Shown here piece after piece: positions 37,108 through 50,058 of a stretch of 64,000 nucleotides of DNA. The DNA is from Perna viridis (Eukaryota). The notes beneath the pieces were generated by a model. The model had not been told where the DNA came from, made no database searches, and was given only the letters and a program-made list of their open reading frames with translations. The first letter of the stretch is position 1. Each line of letters opens with the position of its first letter. The DNA lies in the NCBI GenBank assembly GCA_037379345.1, contig CM074521.1, positions 32,264,704 to 32,328,703 of the forward strand. Reading direction: 5' to 3'. Both the position numbers and the translations under genes were made by a program.

Positions 37108-40100
37108 TTATATAACACCACGTCGTATATCTAAACAGTCTATGATATAGTTTGCAACAATTTTGGAATTATTCGTCAGCAGTTCTTTCAGCGCATCTAA
37201 AGGAGAGTCAAAATTTATGGAAGATATTTGTTGTGTAAGTTCATTTCGCATAATTGCGTAACCCGAGCACAAAAGTAGGAAGTAGTTTTCGTCTTCAATG
37301 AGGTTAGAGTTACATACTTTGCAGAATCTACGGTCTAACGGAATATTGCGATAGCGGCCTTGTTCCACTCCCGCACCGTATTCTGGCAATAACTGATCGC
37401 TGTTTCCTCGATAAACAGTTTTTCACATACGCTTCAGTACTAAAATCGGTCTTAAATAGCTTATATGTTCTAAGTTTTGGCATGTCTTGAACTTTTGTAT
37501 TCCACTCGATTTTGAAATTGTCTATAAGTGTAGTCTACTGAGTCAATAATGTACTTTGTCGATATCAAGTCTTGATTGTCTGTATGATTAAGTAAATTTG
37601 CCAGACCACTATTGTTCAAAATTGTTTTAACACTATTAAACCATGTATTTTTGTATCGTGCCGAAATCTCAACATCCCAACTAAACACTTTTCGACAAAT
37701 TCTGGATTCCGGTAAGTTCATAAGTCTACACCACAATCTAATTGCGTTACACTGATTGTTTATATGTACTGGAGTCCATCCAATATTACCCGTTATTGCT
37801 GGAATCGGTGAGGTTTTCCCAACACCTAAGAAAGTACGAATAGCCCGATACTGAAGTCTTTCTAATACATCATATCGTTTCAAACCCCAAACGCCTGACG
37901 CATAGTCCATTACGGGGATGACAGTATTTTCGTATATCTTTGCGAATGTAGCATAGTCCATGTTACCCATATGAAGATTAGCGAGGAGGTTAACGATCCA
38001 AGTGCCCTGCTAGCCGCAACCGAGAGTTCTTTTACAGATATGTTGTAGTCTATATTTTCAGAGACTGTTAAACCAAGATGGCGATATCTATCAACGAAGT
38101 CAATTGCTGTGTTACCAAGCATAAACGTGAAATCACATATGTCAGTTGTTGTTTTACGAACATGCATAATCTTTGTTTTATCAATATTCACATGTAAACA
38201 GTTTAATTTTGTCCACTCATGTAAGACGTCAAGTTGGCGTTGCAGACTATCAGAGATAAACACAATATCATCCGCATAAAGTAAGCAGCTTATCATATCC
38301 TTTCCAACTTGAACGCCGCATGATAAATTGTTAATTTGTGGTACTAAACAGTCAATGAATAACGCAAAGAGCGTCGGAGCAAGATTATCGCCTTGGCGTA
38401 CTCCTGTATCAACTGAGAACCAATCGGTGAGTATCCCGGGAGACAAGCGGACAGCAGTTTTCAGTTTCGAATAAAGACATCTAATAGTATTGAACATATT
38501 TCCATGTATACCTGAACTTAAAAAGTTTATTCCATAAAATAGTATGGTTGACCGAGTCGAAGGCTTTGCTAAAGTCTACGAAACACAAGAAAGTATCACA
38601 GTTCATTAGTTTTCTATTACGCAAAATTGTACATAAGGAATAAATATGATCCAGACATGATCTGAGACACCTAAATCCGTTTTGCTCTTCACTCAATAGA
38701 TTATTGTTCTCAAGATATCTAACAAGTCTTTCATTCATTATTTGACTAAATACAATAGCGACAGTTGACATAAGACTAATTCCTCTGTATCCTAATGGAT
38801 CACGGTAGTCCTTTCCATACTTTAAAATCGGACAGATGATACTTTGGCACCACATATCAGGTACTATTCCATGTGAAAAACAAACATTATATAGTTCATG
38901 AAGAATGTTGGTTAGTTTGTCACTTTTCAAAATTTCATTTGGAACATTGTCGACTCCGACTGCTTTACCATTCTTTAGACCATGTACCACACGTTTAACC
39001 TCTTCAATCGATATAGGATCGTTTATACTTTGTTGTTCAGTATCAATCGTTTCATTTGTATGGTTCAAACTTTCAAATTCTTGTTCTAACTGTGAGTTTA
39101 ATTGTTCTAATTGTTCAATAAAATCATTGTCCACATTCTGAATATCACCAGAAAAAAGCTTCGCGTATTCCTGTTTCCATCTAGACAGAATATCGTTTGG
39201 GTTATGAGAAACACTACCGTCACCCATTATCACGCTATCAATTGTTTTTGTATCTTTCCCGGGTCCAAGTTTGTTTACTTCCAGCCAAAATTCTTTCGGG
39301 TTCTTCTGGTTAAACGTTTTAATATTATCAAGTCTTTGAGCCACATATTTACGTTCTTCTTGTCGTAGACGTTTATCAAATTGTCTTCTCTTTATTTTAA
39401 ACGTGTTTTTCAGTTCATTTTTAATCCGTCTGTCTCCTTTAGATTGTAAGTATTTTATCTCAGCTTTGTTTGTTTCTATCAATAAGTCTCGTAAATCATT
39501 GTTCCAGTATGTTCCATCGTTTACGTTTGTTCGAACTTGGTGTATAGTCTTTGTAGTCAACCTTGTTGTCCATTTCATGATGAATAGCTTCAATGAATGA
39601 TTCGTATATAGTGTTAATTCTATCGTCAATATTGCGGATATCGAGTAAAGAGTCGATAACATTTTCGAGACATCGCATGCATCGTTCACTGGTAAATAAG
39701 TCTTGCGGTATGTTTGAAACATTATATTTACGTGTTGATTGATATTTTATATTCGTAGTATCAGTGACGTTTTCGGTTGTATCTAATATGTTCTTGTTGA
39801 GTTGATCATATTCTGAGATTCTAAATGAACAGTTAAGTATAGAGTGATCCGGTAATCGTGCATTCGTCGAAAGTTGAACACCATTTTCAATTATCAGAGA
39901 CGAAATCAGTTTTACTTCAAAGTTACAAACATTCGGAAGTACTGTATATGGGACAATCAGATAGTCAACTACTGATTTCCCGATGGGTGAAAAAAAACGT
40001 AAAATTGTCTTTCGAGTAATCCCCACGTCCGTTTAGCATACAGCAGTTAGAGTCCTTCAAAAAGTCTAGCAAATAGTCACCAAATGCGTTTCTTGTTTCG

Positions 40101-40677
40101 TCAATAGGAATACGTTTTGGCAAATAGTCTAATGAATCATTAAAATCTTGGAGATTTCCAACTCGTCCATTGAAATCACCGCAAATGAAAATCGGACAAC
40201 CCGTACTATAAAGATACATCTGAGATAAAAGACAGTCATAGAATTCTTGAGCAATGTTACCTCTACTCGATCGCTCGGGTTGTAGATAACACACGCATAA
40301 ATATAAAATTAGCTCTGGGCCATCTTTGTTTTTTAAATAAATCCATAAAATGTCATCTCTACTATCGTCTAGAATGTTTACTTCAAAATTGTCATATAGC
40401 GAGTTTTTAATTAAAAACCAATACCTCCACTACCACGCCATGCGTTGTTCGAAATTTGTTTTCTATTGTTTCCAATACAATGATAACCTTCCAAATTAAT
40501 AGTCTGATCATTTCTCAAGTGACTTTCGCAAAGTCCAACTATATCGTACTTTAATGCAGTTAAAATACTTTCTCATAATTCCCTACTATCATCGTTTTGT
40601 CGTGTCACATACCAACCATTACAATTCCAACAAGCCAGTCTTAATTCGGCATCGTAACTATTTGACTGGTTGAACTG
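37108..40677 (-). pseudogene. LINE ORF2 (APE endonuclease + reverse transcriptase + C-terminal zinc-knuckle-like motif), disrupted
   Basis: Spread over supplied ORFs 39965-40294, 39496-40026, 38481-39722, 37910-38497, 37470-37970 and 37108-37389. Several frameshifts, an in-frame TGA near 40574, and His changed to Tyr in the knuckle. Confidence 0.9.
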
Positions 40678-41532
40678 TTAATTTTGCTTCACGGTTACAC
40701 GCCCGCCTCGAAATTGAAGTTCTGGAATTGATTTGATTATCTGTTTCATATTAGCGTCGTTGATGCGTTCTTGTCGTGTACGATCTGTTTCTATGTAGAT
40801 ATTTTTGTAATCATTTATGTCTTTTAGTTTTCGTTTGTTCTTAAGGACATCAACACGTTGATTTTCGTCTGCGAAAGTAACAAGAACTGGTTTCGGACGT
40901 TGTGTATTGTTTACTCTTGCGTTATTCGGATTACCGATCTGCTGAGCGCTAACTACACTAAACTCTAATCCAATTGATCTTAGTATTCCGTTAACATACG
41001 TCTCCAGGCTATCAGTATTTAATCCTTCAGATTTAATGTTTTTAAATACAAGTTTTGGCTGAACATTTTTCATACTAACAGATGGTAGATCATTGTTTAT
41101 TTCTTGTTGTTTACTTTCATAATTTGACATTTTAGTTTCCAGTTCCTTTATTTTGTTGTCAACTTGAGCAAATTCTAAAGTCATTTCATCTTTTAGTGTT
41201 TTCATGCTCATCTTTATTTCGTTTGTAAATTTTGTCTCTAAATTTGAAATTCTCTGTTCGAGTGACGTTCTCAGGGAATCTTGATTTTGTTTTACTGTCA
41301 ACATTAGTTTATAAAGGTCAGCAGTGGAAACAGTTTGATCCGACTGGGTAGATGTTGTATCGGATGTTGTCGACATTGTTAAATTAATAGGCTTAGGACA
41401 GGAATATGAGTAAGATTTAGTGTTCATTCGTTTTGGTGTAGGCCCATAATAATCACTATCTGAATCTGATGTACTGTACCTAGGCCTTTGATTGGGCTGA
41501 TTTTTGTGTCTCGGCATAACTAATCGGTGCAA
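40678..41532 (-). CDS. LINE ORF1 protein (coiled coil plus RRM-like region)
   Basis: Intact 284-codon frame with heptad-rich LEQRISNLE..IKELETKM, followed by RPKPVLVTF..VLKNKRKLK..IYIETDRTRQER, which is typical of LINE ORF1p. Confidence 0.8.
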   Translation of the reverse strand: MHRLVMPRHKNQPNQRPRYSTSDSDSDYYGPTPKRMNTKSYSYSCPKPINLTMSTTSDTTSTQSDQTVSTADLYKLMLTVKQNQDSLRTSLEQRISNLETKFTNEIKMSMKTLKDEMTLEFAQVDNKIKELETKMSNYESKQQEINNDLPSVSMKNVQPKLVFKNIKSEGLNTDSLETYVNGILRSIGLEFSVVSAQQIGNPNNARVNNTQRPKPVLVTFADENQRVDVLKNKRKLKDINDYKNIYIETDRTRQERINDANMKQIIKSIPELQFRGGRVTVKQN

Positions 41533-42599
41533 ATATACCTTTCAATTCTTCTGATATTTTCTTTTATCACAATAAAAGTCTAGATGTTATAATAAATCCA
41601 TGTTTACACTATAAATTTTCACCGAGTAAAAACAAACGTCCATCTTGTTGAGCCTCAATTCACCCCTTCATAATACATGAGGAACGTGTCCACGTTAGTG
41701 TTGTCAGATGCTTGTTGAATTGAAAGTATATTGTCCATAATACAATTATGAACTTAGTAACACTCACCATCCAAGGTCCAGGCGGTACATATCTCTGTGA
41801 TAATAGTTTATTTCATTGTTTTTTTGTTTTTTTTTTTAAATAATCCTAAGCCCCTCAGTAGAACAAAAAATAAACAAACGCAAACAAAATTAAAAGCAAA
41901 AAAAAAAAAAAAAAAAAACAGCTTGCGTCTTTATGTGTGCATGATGTTCAGTTGGTATGCAATAATATATTAATGATAATAAAAACAAACAAATAAAGAA
42001 AAAAAAGAAAATAAACGTTCATTAGTGACCTGTAGGTTTACTGCCAGAGGTGTTGCGCCCGACACTTAAAAATTTTGGACATTTGATTTTATGAGCTCAT
42101 GATGGACATATTGTTTGTTTTGTCCATCTGTTTCCTTTGTTTTGTTGTGTATTTGGACATGTCCCGGTTCCACCTTGCACTGGAAAACAAAACTATCGAC
42201 TTATCCTCCATCGGAAATACAAAGAGAACTGCAAAGTATGTACATGTAACTATTATACACACGTTACCAACTTAATATTCTATCAAGTTCACACTATATA
42301 CAATATTCCTCTCAAATACGCATATTCCATTAAGACATGCAAAAATGGCAATTTTGCGTTTCAAAACCGTTTCACATTTACAAATTTAGAATTGCATGAA
42401 ACAAAAAGGGGTTGTAAATTTGGTCATTGAATCATAAAAAACCTATAGTCAGGTACATTTTAGCATTAAAAACAAGCTTATCTTTTAAATATTCACTCAC
42501 TGTGGACCTAACTTAATTAATTATATACCGGAAGTAAAATTCTGTATAAGGACCAATTAATAAAAATCCATATATAAATAGAATATTGTTACGAAGTAA

Positions 42600-43437
42600 T
42601 GGTAGTAAACTACGAATTTATATATTATATAAAACAATCTATTGTTGAGTCGTATCTAACACAAAATATGTCCAAAAATGTACAGAAGTGCACTTGCAAA
42701 ATTTAGATGTGATGTTGCTCCTTTAAAAATAGAAACTGGACGTTATGAATAGAAACCAGTATCTGAGAGCATTTGTTTCAATTGTAAAGATATTATCGAA
42801 GATGAAAAACATGTTTTAATTTTTTGTCCATTATATGAACATCTTGGTAATCTATTATTTTAAGAAGCCTGTAAATATAATGAATTGTTTTATACATTGT
42901 CTGATAACGATAAATTTATTTATACAAAATGTATTTTTAAGTGTGAAGAATTGTGTCAATTAGCTGCTAAAACCTGCTATAATATTTTATATAGAATGAC
43001 TAGTTTTTATATGAGTAATTAACTTTTTATAAATGTGCTGTATATTTCTTCTTGTATTTTATTTTGCATGTGTACATATATGAATATATCTTTATAGTCT
43101 CTCATAATTCTTAATAGAATGGCACTTGTAGACTGCTTTTCATACTTTTATGTCTTTTTTTTTTGTTGACTTCTAAGCATAAGTATGTTGTATAACTTAT
43201 GGTATTTTATATGTCCTGACCCATGCTCCCAGTTTTTAGTGGAGTCCGAGTTGCGCATTTGCTTTTGTTACTTTGTATGTATGATTTTAGTTACTTTATG
43301 TTCTTTGTTGTATATGTCTGTTTTCCATGTCTGGTCTTTGTCCCTGGATTACATTCTTTTGATTACTGCTAGAACCTTGGTTCCCTTGATTACTCTTGTA
43401 CAAGTGGTGAGATTTTAATAAAATTGAATCTTGAATC
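42600..43437 (+). mobile_element. 5'-truncated 3' fragment of a related LINE, interrupted by a Penelope-derived repeat
   Basis: Translates RSALAKFRCDVAPLKIETGRYE*KPVSESICFNCKDIIEDEKHVLIFCPLY and ends aataaaattgaatcttgaatc. Confidence 0.8.
43212..43396 (+). mobile_element. Penelope-derived repeat (family B) nested in a LINE 3' UTR
   Basis: Reverse complement of 1226-1405; splits the LINE 3' UTR from its tail. Confidence 0.72.
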
Positions 43438-44189
43438 CATATTTAGTGGTCTAATGCGAATATTTTATTTATTTGACTAATATATGTATGTGCCTTTATA
43501 CAGTATACACGTTAATTAATAAAGGTGTAATTAAATATGTATTTTCATATTAAACCTGTATACAGTCCTCGTACAGTCGTATTGCACCTCGGGTCAGTAG
43601 TGGTGACCTCAACAAAATACGACCTATAACATAAAACTATTTTTATGCACATGATTAAATTTAATACATTGTATCCTCTAACAGAAGTGGATGTCTTTGA
43701 TATCATTCACATGTTTTTCAATATAATAATGAATGTATCATTGCTTTACATCTTCAAAACGCTTTTTATTTTGAGTTTAAGTAGTATACTCTGGTATTAT
43801 ACCGTACTTATCTAAAGAAAATGTTTTTAAAATAAATCCCATATTCGACGAATATCAAGATCTGGCCTAAATTAACATTGATAATTTTGATTAGAATCAT
43901 TTTATCAATTACTTGTAAATGTTGTGATTTCGTGTTAGTGCGTTATTTTAATTTTTATGAGAGTTATATGCCCTATTTTAATTTTTATCGCATGATTTAT
44001 TACATTGTGATATCAAGTTCAAATTCAAATTCCGGCGGTTTAAAACAAATGATTGATAATGATGTATGCTTTATGGTGATATTTTAATATGATTTTGTCA
44101 ATTTCGGATATTTTCCCTATATTATCAAGTTATCTAGTACGTCTACATCATGTTACGTAGTTGATATTAAGGATTTCGCCCTTGTTGCT

Positions 44190-44470
44190 AGATTATTACC
44201 GGATTATACTCACAGGCAATATAGCAAGTTTCGCTTGCGGAGCAGGATATGCTTACCCTTCGGGAGCATCTGATGTCACTTCGTTTTTTTTTATATTACT
44301 AGTGCTTTGTTTTTTTGTGTGACGTCTTCTATCCCGTAATACCTTCATTTTTTATGTGTAATATTTCATTTGGATATATGCATTGTGTATATAGAGTCTC
44401 TGTTTCATGTGTTCACGCTCAGACCATGTTTTGGGATTTTGACGTATCTGTATCACTCCTCTGCTGATGC
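44190..44470 (+). mobile_element. Penelope-derived non-coding repeat (family C); second copy at about 62650-62960
   Basis: Both copies share ggattatactcac...gcgga..agg..atgct.acccttc.gg.gcatctgatgtcacttc. Confidence 0.6.
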
Positions 44471-45299
44471 TTTAGTATTTGATGTCTAAATAAAAAAGAT
44501 ACCAATCAAATATTTGTTCATACAAGACATAAATTTCATCACAGATAAGTTCTCCAACTTTGCTATTCTTAATACTGAAAAAAAAATGTTTAGCTGATGT
44601 CATATGAAAATGCAATGAGGCTAAAATATTGGAGAAATATGATAACTACTGATTTATTTTTCAAATTTAAACACATTTCAGTATTGTATATTAAGCTTGT
44701 CCATAGGTAGTCAAGAGGTATTTTTCGATCTGCCTAACTACATGTATGTTCTTAAAGAATAAATAAGTACTTCAATTTTGTAGATCTGCAGGAGACATGC
44801 GAAGGAATGAAACGTTTTGATTCATAAAATGCACATCCTTAAGCACTGTCCCTTGATGATGTTCCCTGCGGGCAGACAATATAACCAACCAATCAGTAGA
44901 CAAAGATTTATACACTTAAAGTACGACTTGTCTTGTTGGTCTATATTGGACACAAAGAGGTATGCAATGATTTTCACGAATGATGTTAATCTAGAGTACC
45001 GTCCCTTGGTGCCCACTGTGGACCGACAATACTCAATGTCACAAACCTTTAACTGCCTATGTTTTTACGTGGTACTGTCACGAAGAAAATTATTCAAATT
45101 ATGTTTTAGACAAAAAATCGAGCGAACTTCTTACTCTAAAATAAATGATGCTTGTATATGATATATATAAAATTTGACCCTTCCGAGTGATGGATTGAGG
45201 TATAGTATGTATACAAACATTCGTAGAGCACGTTGGTCGCCAAAATTGACAAAATCCTCCTAATCCAAACATGGAACAACACATTTACAGGGCGCTAGA

Positions 45300-45425
45300 C
45301 TTTGCGCATGCGGTGTAGCCTTAGATGTCACAGCGGTTTGTGTTCAAGTCCCGCGGAGTGAACGACCAAAACTTTGCTTCGCAACTTTGACAGTTCTAAC
45401 ATCGTTGGGAGTTTTTCAGACCTTA
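45300..45425 (+). mobile_element. Degraded tRNA-headed SINE fragment
   Basis: A-box-like gcggtgtagc and B-box-like gtgttcaagtccc. Confidence 0.4.
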
Positions 45426-46128
45426 GTTGATTTCCGCTGGATTTCCCTTGATTACTTTTTCTATGCTTATGTTATCTTCCCTGCATCCATTTGATCCGAT
45501 GGAGCAGTGTATCGAATAATGTCGTCACATATTGAGATGTACGTGTAAAATTGACTTCTTGTATAAAATTGATTTGTTGTGAAATGTACCTTTCATTTGA
45601 TCTTCTATCCTACATAACAACACCTAGTTGTTGTCCAGTACTACCATACATCGTGTACTATGTTACAGTCCAAGATTTATCCTACGAAGAGGAATGACTT
45701 CCGTTCGATTTACGCATAACATAAACTGCTGCTTCCCGGTTTATAATGCACTTAAATCGAACCAAAGTGTTTTTTATACACGATAATATATTCAGATAAT
45801 AGTTACATTTCTTAAATGTAGTTTTTTGACATTATTTTACTTGACGCCTACACAGAAATTACACAATTTACGAAATCAGAGTTCGTTATAAAGATTAAGC
45901 AGTATGACTACATGTGTGTTGGATCTGATTCATTTATAAACCTTAAAAGTTTACAGAATTAGCTTTTTAATTTCACGATCTCATAATGGACACTGTGTTT
46001 GTTTTATCTGCTATGTTCTATAGTGTATTTGAACAGCTTTGGAAAAATCAGTGTTGTATTACTACCTATAATAGAACTATTGGCATATCTTCCTTCCATA
46101 GGTAACAAAAGTCTGTTACTATCTAATC

Positions 46129-46219
46129 ATTGCGTAAGGTTTTCCATAATGGCTTAGTTATTGGTCTATTGGCGATCACCGTACCAATAAATAAGCCAGT
46201 ATGGAAAATCTTACTCAAT
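46129..46219. repeat. Short palindromic element with 37-bp imperfect arms
   Basis: attgcgtaaggttttccataatggcttagttattggt versus accaataaataagccagtatggaaaatcttactcaat (4 mismatches). Confidence 0.7.
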
Positions 46220-46475
46220 TATAGTATTTTTGTTGCGTGATCTATTGTTTTGAGTTTTAAATATTTGCTTTTACAATTACCTATTGATTTCCCCGTTATT
46301 GTTTAGATTAATTTAACATTTAAAGGTCTATGGGCTCTTGATGATTTCATGTACTCATACAACCCGTGTTCACTCTCTCAGAGCTAACTTGTAAAGATTA
46401 TTCAGTGAGTGTTCTGTTCTTTTGTTATTTTTTATTTGTCATTTATTAGCACTTGTATAGCAGATTTCTGAAATA

Positions 46476-47010
46476 TCTTCATCTCCACGAACACCTGGGT
46501 CTGCCCTTGTCAAGAACTTCATCCTCACAAACACATGGGTCAGCCCTTATCAAGAACTTCATCTTCACAAACACATGGGTCAGCCCTTATCAAGAACTTC
46601 ATCTCCACCAACACCTGGGTCTGCCCTCATCAAGAACTTCATCTCCACGAACACCTGGGTCTGCCCTTATCAAGAACTTCATCTCCACAAACACATGGGT
46701 CTGCCTTTATCAAGAACTTTATGTCCACGAACATCTGGGTCACCCCTTATCAAGAACTTCATATCCACAAACACATGGGTCTGCCCTTATCAAGAACTTC
46801 ATCTCCACAAACACATGGGTCTGCCTGTATCCAAGAACTTCATCTCCTTAAACACGTGGTCTGCCCTTACAAAGAACTTCATCTTCACAAACACCTGGGT
46901 CAGCCCTTATCAAGAACTTCATCTCCACAAACACATGGGTCAGCCCTTATCAAGAACTTCATCTCCACAAACACATGGGTCTGCCCTTATCAAGAACTTC
47001 ATCTCCACTT
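46476..47010. repeat. 40-bp minisatellite (caagaacttcatctccacaaacacatgggtctgcccttat)
   Basis: About 13 units; produces the three overlapping spurious ORFs 46453-47093. Confidence 0.93.
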
Positions 47011-49696
47011 CACTTCGACGGGTTATAAGGTATAATTTAACAGTTTCTGTAGATGTGTATGTCTCACATGCTTTCACCGAAAAGATCTGCTAAAGTGCTC
47101 AGAGTTGTGTAACACGTTTCTACAACCAACAGTAGTATTCCTTGCGTTCTCATCGATGGTGGTCAAAATCAATCAATCAGTGGTTTAGTCCACGCAGTTT
47201 AGTACACGGGCTGAGGTAATCCCCCTCTTGCAACGACTAACTCCATTGTAATTTTTAGGTACCTTATTACCTGCCATTTATTAATTAAATTGGCACACAA
47301 AGCAAAAATAAATAAACTGAAGCATTTCTGTATTTTTTTGCAACTTTTTATTCCTCATGGAGGCAAATATTCAAAATCCATTTTGTTATTCTTCAACTTT
47401 CTTCTTGAAGTTTTTTTCTCTTCCAATCAGAATCATTATTTCAGGCAATGATATATTTTCCAGTTTTAGGTATGTGCATACATCTACTGTTTGAATAACA
47501 ATTTCACTATAAAAAGATTCAAGTTCTTCCTGCTCTGGTTCTAATGGAATATAACAACACATTTGATTAAATATTAACAAAAATAGAAAACCGAAAAATT
47601 TTTTTTATTATGGGATAGTTGGAATACGTCAAATCTAAAATCGTGGCCTGAAAGTGAGCGTTTGTTTCCTGTGTTTGATGTAAGTTTGCTAAAACGATAG
47701 TTTGAATAAATTCAAAACATTTGAATAGACATATGCATTTCGGAAATAACCATGGATAGATGAAACAAAACAAGAAATTAAATAAAAAAAAAACCAAAAA
47801 ACAAAAAAGCAAAAAACAAAAACAAACAAAAGCAAACAAACAAACAGAACAAAACAAACGAAAAAAAACATAAAATAAATACAGACACAGACAAAAAATG
47901 TACTTCGGTAATCCGGGCTTCAATACTACTTGAAACACGAGCATAGTGAGAGTATTTCATGCTCTTTGTGTATGATTATAACATTATTACAGAGCTAAGT
48001 CAAAAATATACTGTGATCTGTCACTTTTATAAACAAGGTGAAATAATGATTTTATCAACATGCCAAACTTAATTATTTGTTATACACGTCGATTTCATCA
48101 TCATTTGGAACAGATTAATACATGCGTATGAAAAATATGGTAAATCTCATCTATGTTTTATACTTAAACCATGTTCATTCAACATTTATTCGCGCATATA
48201 TCGCATCCTGAAGAATTCCTGGTACATGTACTTGCAAATGTATAGTGCTTGACAATTATTTTCAATTTAAATTCTTCTCACACTTACCGTGATTTATGGA
48301 ATATCCATCTGGGTCGAATAAATTTACAATAAAGATACATGAAGTAATGAATTATCGAATGTTCCTAATTTCGATAATTTAACTGTGAATAAACTCAGTA
48401 TTTAAATTCTCTGACTTTTCCCGCCAAAACGCTTATACCGAATATCAGCAAAAATCTGCAGCATACATAACGTAGACAAGTTAGCGCATAATCTATATAC
48501 ACATGCATGAACTACATGTATATAAATGAGCATACATGAATTGACACTCCGACTAAAACGTAAATAGGCCGTATAATTCTTCTACTTATGACAATTCTGA
48601 ACTCATCTTGAATCTAGATAAGGTTTAAAGGTTTCTTATTAGTATACATGTAATTCTTAATTGGAAGGAATGTGTAAATATTGAATGTGCATTTTAGATG
48701 AGATCACGTACATAGAAGAAAACCCTTAGATTTAAAAAAAAAAAAAACTAGAAAATAAGTAAATAGGCGTACTTTATATCACGGAAGTAAATATATAAAG
48801 TACATTGAGATATTGTTACATGTACCTAATACCTCGAAGATATTTGAGTAGAAACAAATAAGGGGGAGGGTTGTGATCACGCCAAAGTACTTTAACCTCC
48901 AACACTTTTTGCGAAAGTCACAAGTCAGGAATTCCTGTCCTCTGTATATCTTGTATCTTTTTCACCTTCAGCCTGCCCTGTGGCATAAGGGTTAAACATT
49001 CCTGGGCTTTCATTGAAGACCAATGGGTGGCCTTGGGCTAACATTTTCAACCCGGTGGGGTTATCTCTTTGGATATACACCACAAAGGCGGATCCAGAGG
49101 GATGCAAGAGTGGCACTCCTTTTTTTTTTGTTGGAAAAACAATCGAGATGTTTTAGTCAACTATCATATTAGGTTTGTATTTGTAACCAAACACATATAT
49201 AGAAATAAGGGAATTAAAAAAAAAACAAAAACAGAAAGCAAAAAGCAAACAACAAATGAATGACAAAACATATAGTGTACAGATGCGATCACTTCTAATC
49301 TCTCTTCGATCCTGTCAGGATTCTCTGTCATAGAACAGTTCTAAACTGTCAGAAACTGTTCTGACCGGCGACACACCTTGTCAGGGTCTGTCAGGGCTCT
49401 GGACAAGCTCTGTCATAATCTGTCATGGGTCCTGACACCCTCCTGTCAGGAACTGTTCTAGGTAGAACAGATATGTGGATTAGAAGAGTTCCTGACAGAT
49501 CCTGACAGTCATTAGCTCGAGAATATTTCCCTGACTGAATTACATACAGTACATGTACGTGATTCCGAAAAAAAGGCGTAGCACCCGAGTTCCGATTCGT
49601 ACGACGGGAAGGAAGCCTTGCTATGTTTAAACTTGATTTTTTAAAAAATTTTTACCCGACTTTTATGTATGGCATGCAGTACCAACAAAAAGTATT

Positions 49697-50058
49697 GTCT
49701 GCTGTACCTGCTACGCCCCTGACTTTAAAGATATTAGCCTGAATTCTTTTGGTTGCAGATCTAGATACCGGTAAGATAAAGATTACCTATATATATTGAC
49801 AATTTCAAACAGTTTATACAGAAATTTTAGACCTTTATGGAACTTCAAAGTGTTCACATTCATACACTTTGAAAGAAGTCTGCTGTACCTGCTACGCCCC
49901 TGACTTTAAAGATATTAGCCTGAATTCTTTTGGTTGCAGATCTAGATACCGGTAAGATAAAGATTACCTATATATATTGACAATTTCAAACAGTTTATAC
50001 AGAAATTTTAGACCTTTATGGAACTTCAAAGTGTTCACATTCATACACTTTGAAAGAA
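49697..50058. repeat. Apparently exact 181-bp tandem duplication (49697-49877 / 49878-50058)
   Basis: Both copies run gtctgctgtacctgctacgcccc...catacactttgaaagaa with no difference visible by eye. Confidence 0.9.

Larger units (their letters stand above)
36891..41657 (-). mobile_element. Near full-length decayed non-LTR retrotransposon (APE-RT LINE, RTE-X/Proto2-like; clade inferred)
   Basis: ORF1, then APE endonuclease (LACWNCNG, DIVGLCESH, GDFNGR, VDY, DH), RT (FVDFSKAFDSV, GVRQGDNLAPTLF, YADD) and C-terminal GRY..CxxC..E....C. The 3' end is AATAAA followed by (ATTC)n on the minus strand. The 5' boundary is approximate. Confidence 0.92.
42102..46404 (+). pseudogene. Decayed tandem paralog of the M6PR-like gene (exon 1 42102-42235, exon 2 46318-46404)
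   Basis: Exon 1 reads MDILFVLSICFLCFV..(VFGHVPVPPCTG in a shifted frame)..KTIDLSSIGN..AK with the same phase-2 GT donor. Exon 2 reads FKGLWALDDFMYSYNPC..SELTCKDYS|gtgagt, with the acceptor AG changed to AC and a 1-nt deletion (87 vs 88 nt). Confidence 0.8.

Noticed and set aside
37108-40677. Idea that the LINE is intact and its frameshifts are only homopolymer sequencing errors
   Set aside because: Some shifts are in homopolymers, but there is also an in-frame TGA, an apparent multi-base deletion before GRY near 37370, and a His-to-Tyr change in the knuckle, which together indicate real decay.
46453-47093. Three overlapping ORFs of 132-172 aa
   Set aside because: Artefact of a stop-free 40-bp repeat cycling through all three frames.
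47567-47960. Phe/Cys-rich hydrophobic ORFs
   Set aside because: Translation of an A-rich low-complexity tract ((CAAA)n-like).
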